Source of the DNA: Octopus vulgaris
Taxonomy: Eukaryota
Assembly (NCBI GenBank): GCA_951406725.2
Contig: OX597820.1
Span: 100,750,001 to 100,814,000, forward strand
DNA length: 64,000 bases
Reading direction: 5' to 3'
Shown piece by piece: positions 40,380 to 52,341 of the stretch. How positions within the stretch are numbered: the first letter of the stretch is position 1; every line of letters starts with the position of its first letter. The position numbers were made by a program, and so were the translations under genes. A model generated the notes under the pieces. It was not told where the DNA came from, made no database searches, and was given only the letters and a program-made list of their open reading frames with translations.

Positions 40380-42630
40380 GTGGAAGAATTCTGTGGAAGT
40401 GGAAGAATTCTAGAGAGAAATATGGTCGGCGAACAAACAACCCCAAAAAAGAAGTATCAAAACAACAAACTCAGCATCTGAGCAACTTTGGACCCCCATA
40501 ACAACTGTAGAGGTCACCCAGGCACTGCAAAGACTAAGCAACTGGAAGGCACCAGGGCATGACAAGATCCCCAACTTCTGGTTGAAATATCTAACAGGAA
40601 TACACAAAAAGCTGGCTGAAAACTTTAACAGCATGCTAGCAGAGCCAGAGACAATGCCTGAATGGCTCACGAAGGGGAAAACCATCTTAATTCCCAAATC
40701 AAATGAGACAGCAAAACCAGAAAACTACAGACCAATAACCTGTCTCCCTACAATGTACAAGGCATTTACTGCAGTGATATCGCAAAGGTTGAACAAGCAC
40801 CTGGACGAAGACAACCTGTTTCCAGAAGAGCAGAAAGGATGCCGCAAAGGCTCATATGGCTGTAAAGATCAACTAATGATTAATAAAGCCATAACTGAAG
40901 ACAGCCACAGAAAGAAGAAAGGCCTCAGTATGGCCTGGGTCGACTACAAAAAGGCGTTTGATAGCATCCCCCACACATGGATCCTCGAAACACTAGCCAT
41001 TAACAAAGTAGCACCAACCCTTATAAAATTCATAGGGCACTCTATGAATAAATGGCAAACCGTGCTACAGCTCCAAACAAAAGAGGGACTCATGAAAACC
41101 AAAGCCATCCCCATTAGAAGAGGAATATTCCAGGGAGACACGCTCTCTCCACTCCTTTTCTGTTTGGCACTGTCACCTCTATCTGATATGCTAAATAGAA
41201 CTGGATGCGGGTATAAATGTTACGGCAAAACGATCAGCCACCTTTTATATATGGATGACCTGAAACTGTACGCTGCAAATGACAAACAGCTGGAAACACT
41301 ATTAAAGACAGTTCATGGATTTACCAAAGAAATAGAAATGAAATTTGGATTAGAAAAATGCACCAAAGTAACCATGAAAAGAGGAAAACTAGTTAAGAGT
41401 AGTAACATCACACTAGATAAAACCAATGAAATAAAAGAATTAGACCAAAGCCAAACTTACAAATACTTAGGAACCCATGAACTAGATAAGACACAACACA
41501 CACAAATGAAAGAGAAAATAAAAAAAGAATATTATAGACGAGTTAGATCAATACTAAAAACAGAGCTCAATGCTAAAAACAAGATAATAGGTATTAACAC
41601 TTTAGCTGTCCCAGTTATAAGTTACAGCTACAATATCCTTAACTGGACACTAAATGAACTGACCAAAATAGATAGGAAAACAAGAAAAATAATGACAGGA
41701 TCTAGGATGCATCACCCAAAATCTGACATAGAAAGACTATATATACAACGTATAGAAGGTGGTAGGGGCCTTATACAGCTGGAAAACTACTATAAAATAA
41801 CCACCATAGGACTGCAAAAATATCTACTTCAGAAGGAAGGAAAACTGATACAAATAGTGGCAAAACACGAGCAAAACAAAAAACTATTCTCAGTATTTAA
41901 GGAAGCTGACAAATACAAACAAGAAATCATACCACCTAATAAATATGAAGAAGAAGAAGAAGAAGATGAAGAAACAACAAAAGCTATAAAACAAATGAAA
42001 TCCAAACTAAAAACAGAACAGCAACGAACCATGATAAAACGATGGCAAGAAAAGCCCCTTCATGGTAAATACCGGACTAAACTAAACGCAAAAGAAATAG
42101 ACAAAGAAAAATCCCAGCGATGGTTGAGAAGCTCAGGACTCAAAGCAGAGACAGAGAGATTTTTAATTGCAGCACAAGACCAAAGCCTCCCCACCAGAAA
42201 TTACCAAAAACATGTAATGAAAAGAAATATAACAAGTAACTGCAGAATATGTGGAGATGGACAAGAAACAATAAATCATATTATCTCTGGCTGCCGAGTC
42301 CTGGCTAAGAAGGAATATATTCACAGACATGACAGAGTTGGAACGTACATACACTGGAAGCTATGCCAACATTATGGAATAACAACAGAAAAAATATGGT
42401 ATAGGCACACACCAGAAAAGGTCAAAGAAATACATGACAAAAACACCAGGACTTACAAACACATATAACATACAGAAAATTGCACTACTAGGCACTGCAC
42501 ACATCCTACGCAGAACACTTTCCATACAATAACCATCAGAGCATCACAACAAATCACAGCACATACCTAAGGCACACAGAGCTGCGCTCGGTAGTGAAGT
42601 GAAAGCACGCTATAAAAATAAAACTACTGA
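40380..42630 (+). mobile_element. Dong/R4-clade non-LTR retrotransposon, 5'-truncated, endonuclease deleted, inserted in (TAA)n
   Basis: RT ORF plus CCHC knuckle; (TAA)n at 40350-40379 and 42630-42646. Confidence 0.88.
40414..42468 (+). CDS. Reverse transcriptase + CCHC zinc knuckle of R4/Dong element
   Basis: WKAPGHD, NYRPITCLPT, EEQKGCR, WVDYKKAFDS, RRGIFQGDTLSPLLF, HLLYMDD, YKYLG, EGGRGL, CRIC..ETINHIISGC, RHDRV; frame open from 40414. Confidence 0.92.
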   Translation, partial: REIWSANKQPQKRSIKTTNSASEQLWTPITTVEVTQALQRLSNWKAPGHDKIPNFWLKYLTGIHKKLAENFNSMLAEPETMPEWLTKGKTILIPKSNETAKPENYRPITCLPTMYKAFTAVISQRLNKHLDEDNLFPEEQKGCRKGSYGCKDQLMINKAITEDSHRKKKGLSMAWVDYKKAFDSIPHTWILETLAINKVAPTLIKFIGHSMNKWQTVLQLQTKEGLMKTKAIPIRRGIFQGDTLSPLLFCLALSPLSDMLNRTGCGYKCYGKTISHLLYMDDLKLYAANDKQLETLLKTVHGFTKEIEMKFGLEKCTKVTMKRGKLVKSSNITLDKTNEIKELDQSQTYKYLGTHELDKTQHTQMKEKIKKEYYRRVRSILKTELNAKNKIIGINTLAVPVISYSYNILNWTLNELTKIDRKTRKIMTGSRMHHPKSDIERLYIQRIEGGRGLIQLENYYKITTIGLQKYLLQKEGKLIQIVAKHEQNKKLFSVFKEADKYKQEIIPPNKYEEEEEEDEETTKAIKQMKSKLKTEQQRTMIKRWQEKPLHGKYRTKLNAKEIDKEKSQRWLRSSGLKAETERFLIAAQDQSLPTRNYQKHVMKRNITSNCRICGDGQETINHIISGCRVLAKKEYIHRHDRVGTYIHWKLCQHYGITTEKIWYRHTPEKVKEIHDKNTRTYKHI

Positions 42631-42645
42631 ATAATAATAATAATA

Positions 42646-42678
<33 letters not shown>

Positions 42679-43271
42679 TCTGCTATGAGCACAAGACCTG
42701 AAATTTTGTGGGAGGTGTGCTACTTGATTACATCAAGCCCAGTACTTGACTGATACTTATTTTATAAGTCCTGAAAGGTATTTACAGGTATATGGGTATT
42801 TTGGAAATACCTCAATGAGTGATGACTGTGCTCTGCATAGGGAGGTGGCAAAGTCATGGGACTGTAGCATGGCAGAGTGTAAAGAGGTGGTGGAAGGGCT
42901 CACCTGAGCCAACAGTGCTTCTTACAATGATGCTGAGCAGAGGAATTCTAAAAGATCAACAGTCAGGATAACCAAGCTCTATCAAGAGAGCAACTACAAC
43001 ACATCCATGGTTGTGTAATCAGCTAATGAAAGATTCACTATGGCTCAAACTTCTAATTCAAATTCATAATAATGGACTTGGATGATGATAGCGAGTCATG
43101 GGAATCTGAGAAAGCAGTGTGACCAAAGAAGAAAGGATGAAAAACAAAGTAGACCTCAGTGAAATTTGAACTTAGAATGTAAACCTGGAAGAATTGTCAC
43201 TAAGCATTTTGTCCAGCATGTTAATGATTCTACCAGTTCACCAAGTCAATATTAACAATAATAGCAATAAT

Positions 43272-43490
43272 CCTTTCTACTATAGGCACCAGGCTTGAAA
43301 TTTGGTGGTGTGGAAGATGACTAGTTGATTACATTAACCCTAATGCTCAGCTGGTACTTATTTCATCACCCCTTAAAGGATAAAAGGCAAAGACAACCTC
43401 AGTAAAATTTGAACTTAGAACATAAATATGGTCAAAATGCCACAGAGCATTTTGCCCAGCAAACTCATCATTCTGACAGCTTACCACCTT
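43272..43490 (-). mobile_element. SINE family B, diverged (further fragments at 42680-42780 and 43130-43240)
   Basis: CTGGTACTTATTTCATC..AAAGGATAAAAGGCAAAG..ATTTGAACTTAGAAC. Confidence 0.7.
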
Positions 43491-43784
43491 AATAACAACA
43501 ATAACAACAACAATTCTTTCCTTGGAACAGTGGTACTCAAAACACATAAAGCTATAAACATTGGGTTGACCCTTTTGGATAGAAAAAGTCAAAGGCACAT
43601 TTTTCTCAGATTGCACCTTAACACCTCCATAAAAGAATGGCACATTGGACAAAGTAGTACTAGATGGACAATGTCTAAATGAAAGAGTGCTAGAATGTCT
43701 TTGGTTTTAAGTCAGTGGACTTATGACTGAGTGGTAGCTAAAACAACAAAGAGACAGACAGACAATGATATATATATATAAATA

Positions 43785-44000
43785 TAAAGTTAATCCAAAC
43801 AAGAAAACACAAAAAACACAACAACGTGAGGACGTGGAACAAATATAGTATTATTGGACGCTCAAGAAAGAAGGGAAGAAGGAGGGTTTAACGTTTCGAG
43901 CGGAGCTCTTCGTCGGAAACATAGGAGAAGGAAAGATCCAGAGAAGAGAAGACAGAGAAAAAAAAATCGCCAACGGTACACACGAGGTCACATTTTGAAA
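43785..44000 (-). mobile_element. Short PLE-pLTR-like element with minimal HHR (43886-43920)
   Basis: Minus strand GTTT-CCGACGA-A-GAGC(tcc)GCTC-GAAACGTT-AAAC; copy at 9190-9402. Confidence 0.78.
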
Positions 44001-44589
44001 TATATAAATATACTTGTGTATACATACACACATATATATGGACGTATACACATATCTAATTATATATCTCATAAAATGTGGCACAAGGGTATGACCAAGG
44101 AACATACACAAAAATAGTAAAATACACACACAACAGATGCTAACATGCTCAACCTTTCATCAGTTATCAGTCAAATATTATTGCAATTTCAACACTGTCC
44201 AATAATATTGTTCAATTTGGTGGAGTGAGCAACATTAGCTGCTGGTGTAAAAATAAACAGACATGATAGATGAACACAAGCAGTAAAAGTAAGACAACTA
44301 AAAATAACAAGAAAAGCCAAGGTCTCAAGACCAAATGGTAGAAAGGACAGGTTATGAGAAGAATGAGAAACAATATATAAAAAGGAGAGAAACAAGGACG
44401 GTAACAAAATGAAATATAAAATAAGCAACACAGAGACGTTCTTATACTTAGAATCATCATCATCATCATCAACATGATGATGAAGATGTCTATGGCAAAT
44501 GACAAAAAAAGATGTTCTGTCTAAAGTAATGCTAATAGAAAAGATGGTGGTTCTTTTGGACTTGGAAAATTTATATCTTATCATCTTTT

Positions 44590-44987
44590 GTCTTTTACTT
44601 GTCTCAGTCAGTGGATGGCACCACCTAGGCAGCCCTAGGAGGGCTTTAGTTAAAGCAACCAACTCCAGTACTTATCTTTTAAAGTGTGGTACTTAGTTTA
44701 TCGGTCTATTTTGCCAAAATAATAGGTTATGGGGATGTCAACAACCCAACAGCAGATATCAAGTGGGGGGTGACACACAAACACAGAGACACACATGTAT
44801 ACATACATATATATATATGTATATATGTTAGGCTTCCATGCAGTTTCTGTCTTCTAAATTCACTCACAATGTATTCATTGGCCCAGGACTACAGTAGGAG
44901 ACACATACCCAAGGTGTCATGCAATGGGACTGAACTCAAAACAAAATGGTTACAAAGTAGGCTTCTTAACCACAGTGCAATGCCTGT
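44590..44987 (-). mobile_element. SINE family A, old copy (a plus-strand head fragment follows at 45063-45187)
   Basis: GGGACTGAACTC..GCTTCTTAACCACA..ATGCCTG. Confidence 0.7.
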
Positions 44988-45920
44988 ACACATACATAGA
45001 AATTTTTTAAAATTATTTTAAAAGTTAGACAAACAAGGAGCTGGAGTTAAATTTATAAACTTAGAGTGGCTGTGTGGTAAGAATCTTGCTTACTAACTAC
45101 ATGGTTCCGGGTTCAGTCCTACTGCATGACACCTTGGACAAGTGTCTTCTACAATAGCTTTGGTCCAACTAAAGCCTTGTGAATGGATAGCAGAGAGATG
45201 AAACATAAAAACTGGAAGACATAAAAACGGGGGGGGGGGGGGGCTGAGGAAAATCAGGGACAAGGAAAAGATATATGGATGACACTAGCTACTAGGAAGA
45301 GGAAGAGAAAATATAGGTCTATTTATATAAATATACAACAATTCTTTTATGATGTAAACAGAAACTAATTTGATTATAATAAAAATTCACTAATACAAAA
45401 TGATAGTGCAGCAAGTACAACACAAAAGGAAGTAAAAGAAAACACACAGTAAGTGCTTTCACAAAGCCTTTAAGTAAATAAGGACATGAATACATTTACC
45501 AGCTACAAGGTTTGACCAGCCAAAGACATGCGTCTCCAGGAGTGACCAGATTAAAAGCAGATCATTGGTGGCAGTGGTAACACCATCATAATCATCATCA
45601 ACTACTACTAAAACCACTATAGTGCCTGCTTTTCAAGCTGGTATAGGTTGAACAGCTTGATGGAATTTGATGACCTGGAGAAACAGGTTTTGCTCCAGTT
45701 TCATATTTTCAGCTTGGTTTCTATGGTTAGATGGCCTTCAAATCCAGCAATGTTTCTGCTTAATTCGCCAACTAATTTACAGTGAAGTGAGTGCCTTTTG
45801 CATGCTACTAACACCAATGAAGTTATATTGAAATTCACAAAGCTAAAGAGCCTCCACTACTAAAAGCATATATGTGTGTGTGTATAAAACTTGTCTAGAA
45901 TCCTGTCTTTGATTTATATA

Positions 45921-46274
45921 TATGGGAAATAAGAATGTGAACTGAACAAGGAGGAACGAATAATAGAGAAGCAATATCATAGAGATTGAACAAATTATCA
46001 TCATACAGAGATGAATAATTATCATAATAAGCTTTACGAGATAGGACTAAAATTAAAAAATTATATTTGGGGAGGACAGTATCAACAGTTAGTTTTTCAT
46101 GAGCTAACTGTTGATATTGTCCCACCAAATATAATTTTTTAATTTTAGTCCTATCTCGTAAAGCTTATTATCATAATTATTCGTCTCTGTATGATGATAA
46201 TTTGTTCAATCTCTATGATATTGTTTCTCTATTATTTGTTCCTCCTTGTTCAGTTCATATTCTTACTTCCCATA
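45921..46274. repeat. Near-perfect foldback, about 172-bp arms, about 10-nt loop
   Basis: TATGGGAAATAAGAAT..ATAATAAGCTTTACGAGATAGGACTAAAATTAAAAAATTATATTTGG..AACAGTTAG pairs with CTAACTGTT..CCAAATATAATTTTTTAATTTTAGTCCTATCTCGTAAAGCTTATTAT..TTCCCATA. Confidence 0.95.
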
Positions 46275-46399
46275 ATTTGTACTGTCCCCTATCAAACCCC
46301 GATTGCTTAATTCTTCTCATTCCTAGTTCCATGTCTCTGCCGCTCTGTCCCCAATCAAAACTTCGCCATTCCCAGCCTGTTTTAACCTCTTTACTATTT

Positions 46400-47776
46400 C
46401 CGTCCGCTAGAAAAGAAATTTCGGGTGTGGAAGCAAGGTTTAGAATCAAAGGGCCTTAGAGTAAATGTAGCAAAGACCAAAGTTATAGTAAGCAGAAAGG
46501 CGAACTCATCACACACCTCCTCAGGCAGGTGGCCCTGCTCGATCTGTAGGAAAGGTGTAGGTAGAAACTCCATAAGATGTACCCAGTGTAAGCTATGGGC
46601 GCATAAGAGGTGCAGCAACATCAAATGGAAATTAACTGATAAGATAGCTTTCATGTGCGGCAGATGCACAGGGACAATAAACACCACAGATAATCAGAAA
46701 ACAGATTCCATCACACTCCAAGGGGAGAAACTAGAAGTAGTTGATAGTTTTTGCTACCTAGGTGACCAAGTTAGTGGTGGAGGTGGAAGCTCAGAGAGTG
46801 TCACCACTAGAATACGAATAGCCTGGGCAAAGTTTAGAAAGCTCCTACCCCTACTGGCAACAAAGGGTCTCTCGCTCAGAGTGAAAGGTAGATTGTATGA
46901 TGCATGTGTGCGAACCGCCATGCTTCACGGTAGTGAAACATGGGCCATGACTGCAGAGGACATGCGCAGACTTGAAAGAAATGAAGCTAACATGATCCAC
47001 TGGATGTGTAATGTCAGTGTGCACGCACGACAGAGTGTAAGCACCCTCAGAGAAATGCTGGACATAAGAAGCATCAGATGTGGTGTGCAAGAGAGACACT
47101 TGCGATGGTATGGTCATGTACTGCAGATGGATGAGGAGCGATGAGTGAAGAAGTGCTGCTCCCAAACAGTTGAAGGTATCAGGGGGAGAGGTAGACCCAG
47201 GAAGACATGGGATGAGGTAGTCAAGCATGACCTCCGAGCATTGGGCCTCACAGAGGCAATGACGAAGGACCAAGATCTCTGGTAATATGCTGCGACAGCA
47301 AAGACCCGGGCTGCTTCCTGCACCAGTTTCGCATAGCCCCAGCCCATTCAAAGTAACTTGGATTGCTGAACATTCCGCTGTGCTTGAGGAGACCTGTTGA
47401 GTCAAGTACATGAACATCGAAATAAATATCGAATAGAAATAGTAGTTGTGATACCTGTGCCAGTGGCACATAAAAAGCACTATCCGAATGTGGCCGATGC
47501 CAGCGCCACCTTGACTGGCTTCTGTGCCAGTGGCACGTAAAAAGCACCAACCGATCGTGGCCGCTGCCAGCTCCCTTGGCACCTGTGCCGGTGGCACGTA
47601 AAAAGCACCCACTACACTCACGGAGTGGTTGGCGTTATGAAGGGCATCCAGCTGTAGAAACACTTCCAGATCAGACTGGAGCCTGGTGCAGCCTCCTGGC
47701 TTCCCAGACCCTGGTCGAACCGCCCAACCTGTGCTACCACGGAAAACGGACGTTAAACGATGATGATGATGATGAT
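46400..47776 (+). mobile_element. 5'-truncated RTE-clade LINE with PHD finger inside RT C-terminal region, 3' UTR and (GAT)n tail
   Basis: ORF 46425-47144: GLRVNVAKTK - C4HC3 finger - LEVVDSFCYLG - RIRIAWAKF - MLHGSETW - LRWYGHV; then GRGRPRKTW. Confidence 0.92.
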
Positions 47777-48662
47777 ATTGACTACATCCTTGCCAGAAAA
47801 AGGGAAAGATGGCTGCTTATAAATGCCAAAACCTTCCCAGGTGAAGAATGTACCCCACAACATAGAGTGGTAGTTAGGGACTTTAGGATCAGGACTAAGT
47901 GGATGCCCAGAAGACGACCAGCATGGAAAAGAAGGGTCTGAAAGCTTAAAGATCTTGCGAATGGACAGAGATTTAGAGACATATTACTCGAAGCCTTTGA
48001 CGAAGTAGAAGAGGATATAGATTCACAGAGTGTAGAAGACAACTGGAGGTCTCTACGGGACAACCTGCTGAGAGCCACTGAGCAGATCTGTGGATGGTGC
48101 AAAGTCCCTCTCGAGCCAAAATAATGTGGTGGTGGAACAATGTTGTAGACAGGGCTATTAGAGAAAAGAGACAGGCTTGGAAGGACTGGAAGAACGGTGG
48201 TAGCAGGGAATTGTATCAGACTGCCAGAAGAGAAGCTAGGAGACAAGTTTACTTAGCCAGAGGGGAAGCAGATAAGAAAAAATTTGCCAATGTTCTGCGC
48301 CGTGAGGATCAAAGAGGCACCATTCGAGCAAGATCGTTACCAGTATCGCCTTACTGGCACCTGTGCTGTTGGCATGTGTAAAAAATTCGAGCGAGGTCGT
48401 CGCCAGTACCGCCTGACTGGCCCATGTGTAAAAATCCAAGTGAGGTCATTGCTAGTACCGCCTGACAGGCCCCCATGCCGGTGGCATGAAAAAGCACCCA
48501 CTACACTCCCGGAGTGGTTGGCGTTAGGAAGGGCATCCAGCTGTAGAAACTCGGCCAGATCAAGACTGGAGCTTGGTGCAGCCATCTGGTTCGCCAGCCC
48601 ACAGCCAAACCGTCCAACCCATACTAGCAGGGAAAGCAGACGTTTAACGATGATGATGATGA
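47777..48662 (+). mobile_element. RTE fragment: APE C-terminus/linker joined directly to 3' UTR
   Basis: IDYILAR..PQHRVVV, WWWNNVVDRAIREKRQAWK; switches to UTR repeats at about 48315; (GAT)n tail. Confidence 0.85.
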
Positions 48663-48850
48663 TATATATATATATATATATTAAGAACATTTAGAGACCT
48701 TTTGATTTCTAGCCTCAATATTTGATCAAAGAATATCTTCATTCATTTATTTATTTAGATAGATAGATGGATGGATGGATAGACGGATGGACGGACGGAC
48801 AGACAGATAGATCAGAGAAGAGTAGTAAAGTGAGAGAATAAATGTTTATT

Positions 48851-49007
48851 CCATTTGTTGACAGCCGTTTCATAATCTGAATTAGTTGCATAAGCAACAC
48901 TACAAGATCCATCACTCATATATAAATAAAAATACATATAAAATATGTATATACACCCATAAATATAACTGTGCTATAACATCAGATTATTCATCAGCTA
49001 TAAATAG
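48851..49007 (-). ncRNA. Hammerhead-like motif with about 120-nt helix II domain
   Basis: Minus strand CTGATGA-ATAATCTGA...TCAGATTAT-GAA-ACGGCTGT-C-AACAAATGG; helix I imperfect. Confidence 0.6.
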
Positions 49008-49271
49008 CAAACAGCTTCATTAGATGTATTTGGCTGACTTTACTGTTTACAAATACTCAAATTCTCATATATTGAGTGTACTAAAGAAGCAAGGACAAGT
49101 AGATAGAATTCAAAAACAGGATATAATAAAATGAAAGAAATAAAGGTAAAATAAGAAAAAATAAGTTTATCATGAAGATTTACTTTCTAAAGGTTTGGTT
49201 GACCCTCCCTATGGGTCTACATGAATAAACCATATGATAAAAAAAAAAGAAATTATAAAATAAAATAAATA

Positions 49272-49650
49272 CTGTGTAGTAAGAAGCTTGCTTCCCAACC
49301 ACATTGTCCTAGGTTCAGTCCCACTGCATGGCACCTTGGTCAAGTATCTTCTAAGATAGTCTCAGGCCAACCAAAGCCGTGTGAATGGATTTCGTAGACA
49401 GAAACTGGAAGAAGCCTGTTGTGTGTGTGTGTGTGTGTGTGTATCTTTGTGTCTGTGTTTGTCCCTCACCACCACTTGGCAACTGGTGTTGGTGTGTTTA
49501 CGTCCCCATAACTTAGCAGTTTGGCAAGAGAGACCTAGAGAATAAGCACTAGGCATAAAAAAAAAGACTTGGGGTCAATTTGTTCAACTATAACCCTTCA
49601 AGGCAGTGTCCCAGCATGGCCACAGTCAAATGACTGAAACACGTATAGGT
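49272..49650 (+). mobile_element. SINE family A
   Basis: Matches 54120-54545. Confidence 0.85.
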
Positions 49651-50169
49651 AAATAAAGAGAAGAAAAATAAATAGGATTTAGAGATCACGACAGAAAGTT
49701 TGGCTTGTTAAAGACAATGTATTTATTCCTAGGTGCATAGCATGGAAACATAAAATATTGGAATTTGATGCATGACTAATTTAGAAGGACAGAAGTGTCA
49801 GTCTTCACTCATAACAACACCAACATACAAAGTGTGCACATGCAGCTCATATGAATTTTTTCAAGCACATACATTGTATGTGCTCACACACAAAATATTT
49901 ATATTTATAACTGGTAAAAGTTCATCATTTTCAATAAATGACTAAATCAGTCTATATCAGTATTTATGTATTGGTACACACATAGATATTCACATACATA
50001 CATATACAGATAATATCTACACACATACATATATCAATTCATACTCTATTCTGCTGCATCGCTATCTCACAATCTCTCTCTCTCTCTCTCTTTCTCGGTA
50101 TTTATGTATAACGACACACATACTCATATGCACAGAGAGATATGTACAAATATGACAGCAGCATAGTTT

Positions 50170-50505
50170 TGCTTGGCTCAGTGGTTAGAGTATTGGGCTC
50201 ACAATCATGAGGTAGTGAGTAGGATTCTCGGGCCAGGTCGTGTGTTGTGTTCTTGAGCAAGATATTTTATTTCACATTGCTCCAGTTCACTCAGCTGTAG
50301 AAGTGGGTTGTGACATCACTGGTGCCAAGCTGTATCGACCTTTTCCTTTCCTTTGGATAACACTGGTGGTGTGGAGAGGGGAGGATGGTATGCATGGGTT
50401 ACTGCAGATCTTCCATAAACAGTCTTGGCCAGACTTGTGCCTCAAAGCATAACTGTTCTAGGTGCAATCCCATAGCCATTCATGACTGAAGGGGTCTTTA
50501 CCCTT
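50170..50505 (+). mobile_element. tRNA-headed SINE family E
   Basis: TGGCTCAGTGGTTAGAG A box; TGTTGTGTTCTTGAGCAAGA..TGCTCCAGTTCACTCAGCTG central domain. Confidence 0.8.
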
Positions 50506-51265
50506 TTTTATATATATGTATGTATGAGTAGAAACACACATGTCTCAAAAGGATCATCACTGCCATATCTAAAGAAGTGTACCTCCATCACCACCAAACT
50601 CTTTCCTCATAACTTTCTGAAAAATAGATATCTTTTGATGAAATTTTTTACAAATATGCTTCAGATGGAGTAGTTTATGATTATATCAGAATTCGTAAAG
50701 AAAATTCTTTTTAGAGTATTGATAATTTATACACCTTGACTTTTGTTACCTCATAAAAAAACTGGGTATCTTATAATGAAATTGTCAACCAATATCTTTC
50801 AGATAGTGTAGATGGAGATTATATTGGAATTTAATGTAAAAAAAACAAAAATGGAGAGGGGGATATTTTGTGCACCTTGACTTTGTTTCCTCATACATTT
50901 TCCAGAGCAAGCATAATTTGAAAAACAAAGTATTAACAAAAGTGAATTTGTTTGGTATGCTGTAGGTCTAGAAAATTCCATTTTAATTTTAAAATATTCA
51001 ATTAGCAAATTCCAAAGCGTTAAGGGTAAATTAGTCCTAAAAAGTAATTTTTTTCAACATAACTGAAAAAGGCAGTGCCCCAGCATGGCCACTGTCCAAT
51101 GACTGAAACAAGTAAAAAGATAAATGATAACTGTAATCTACATCATCGAAACGATATGAGCAAACAAAGTAAAAAGCATGTAAATTATCCGAAACTCTTC
51201 TTACCCACCCAAAAGACATTTTCCCAATAAATTCTAATGTAATCATAATGCACACCATCTGCTTG

Positions 51266-51672
51266 TAGGCGTAGGAGTGGCTTATTGACATAGGAGTGGC
51301 TGTGTGGTAAGTAGCTTGCTTACCAATCACATGGTTCTGGGTTCAGTCCCACTGCATGGCACCTTGGGCAAGTGACTTCTACTATACCCTCAGGCTGACC
51401 AAAGCCTTGTGAGTGGATTTGGTAGACAGAAACTAAAAGAAGCCCATCGTATATATGTATATGTGTGTGTTTGTGTGTCTGTGTTTGTCCCCCAAACATC
51501 GCTTGACAACCGATGCTGGTGTGTTTACATCCCCATAACTTAGCGGTTCGGCAAAAGAGACCGATAGAATAAGTACTAGGCTTACAAAGAATAAGTCCTG
51601 GGGTCAATTTGGTCGACTAAAGGTGGTGCTCCAGCATAGCCACAGTCAAATGACTGAAACAAGTAAAAGAGT
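51266..51672 (+). mobile_element. SINE family A with short duplicated head
   Basis: TAGGAGTGGCT twice, then full body. Confidence 0.9.
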
Positions 51673-51939
51673 AGAAAATTTCATTTAAAAAAATATACAT
51701 TTTTCAGGAAGTTATGGAGAACACAAAGTGAGCAGGGTGCATACTTTTTTAGTTATGCTAAATTACTAAGATACAACAACTGAAAATAAGAAATGTCTTA
51801 TTTTCAAGTATTAGCTTTATAATTTAACTACATGTTTTTAACAGTTCTGTTGAGACATATATATGTGTTTATCTGTGTATATACATTCATACACATGGAG
51901 AGAGACACAGATAATACCAATACATATTCATAAGAATGT

Positions 51940-52143
51940 GCTGCCTGACTGGCTTCTGTGTCGGTGGCATGTAAAAAGCACCCACTACACTCTCAGAGTG
52001 GTTAGTATTAGGAAGGGCATCCAGCTGTAGAGACCTTGCCAGATCAGATTGGTGCCTAGCGCAGCCTACTCACTTGCCAGTCCTCAGTCAAACCGGCCAA
52101 CTCATACCAGCATGGAAAATGGATGTTAAACGACGATGATGAT
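51940..52143 (+). mobile_element. RTE 3' end fragment
   Basis: AAAAAGCACCCACTACACTCTC..AGGAAGGGCATCCAGCTGTAG..(GAT)n. Confidence 0.85.
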
Positions 52144-52341
52144 GCATCTGCATATATGTGTATATACACGTCAGAGACAGAGAGAGAGGTGGGAGAGACA
52201 GAAAGAATGGACATTCATGTCTTTTTAAAAGATTTATTTATTTACCTACATTTCTACCTATCTGTCACTGTTTTTACCTTGAGGTCTCACCCAAGACACA
52301 TCTAGCTTCAACAATTCACATACATATATATATATATATAT

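Noticed and set aside
50570-51752. Possible large TIR element (CATAACTTTCTGAAAAAT / ATTTTTCAGGAAGTTATG)
   Set aside because: Only short diverged matches and no TSD found.
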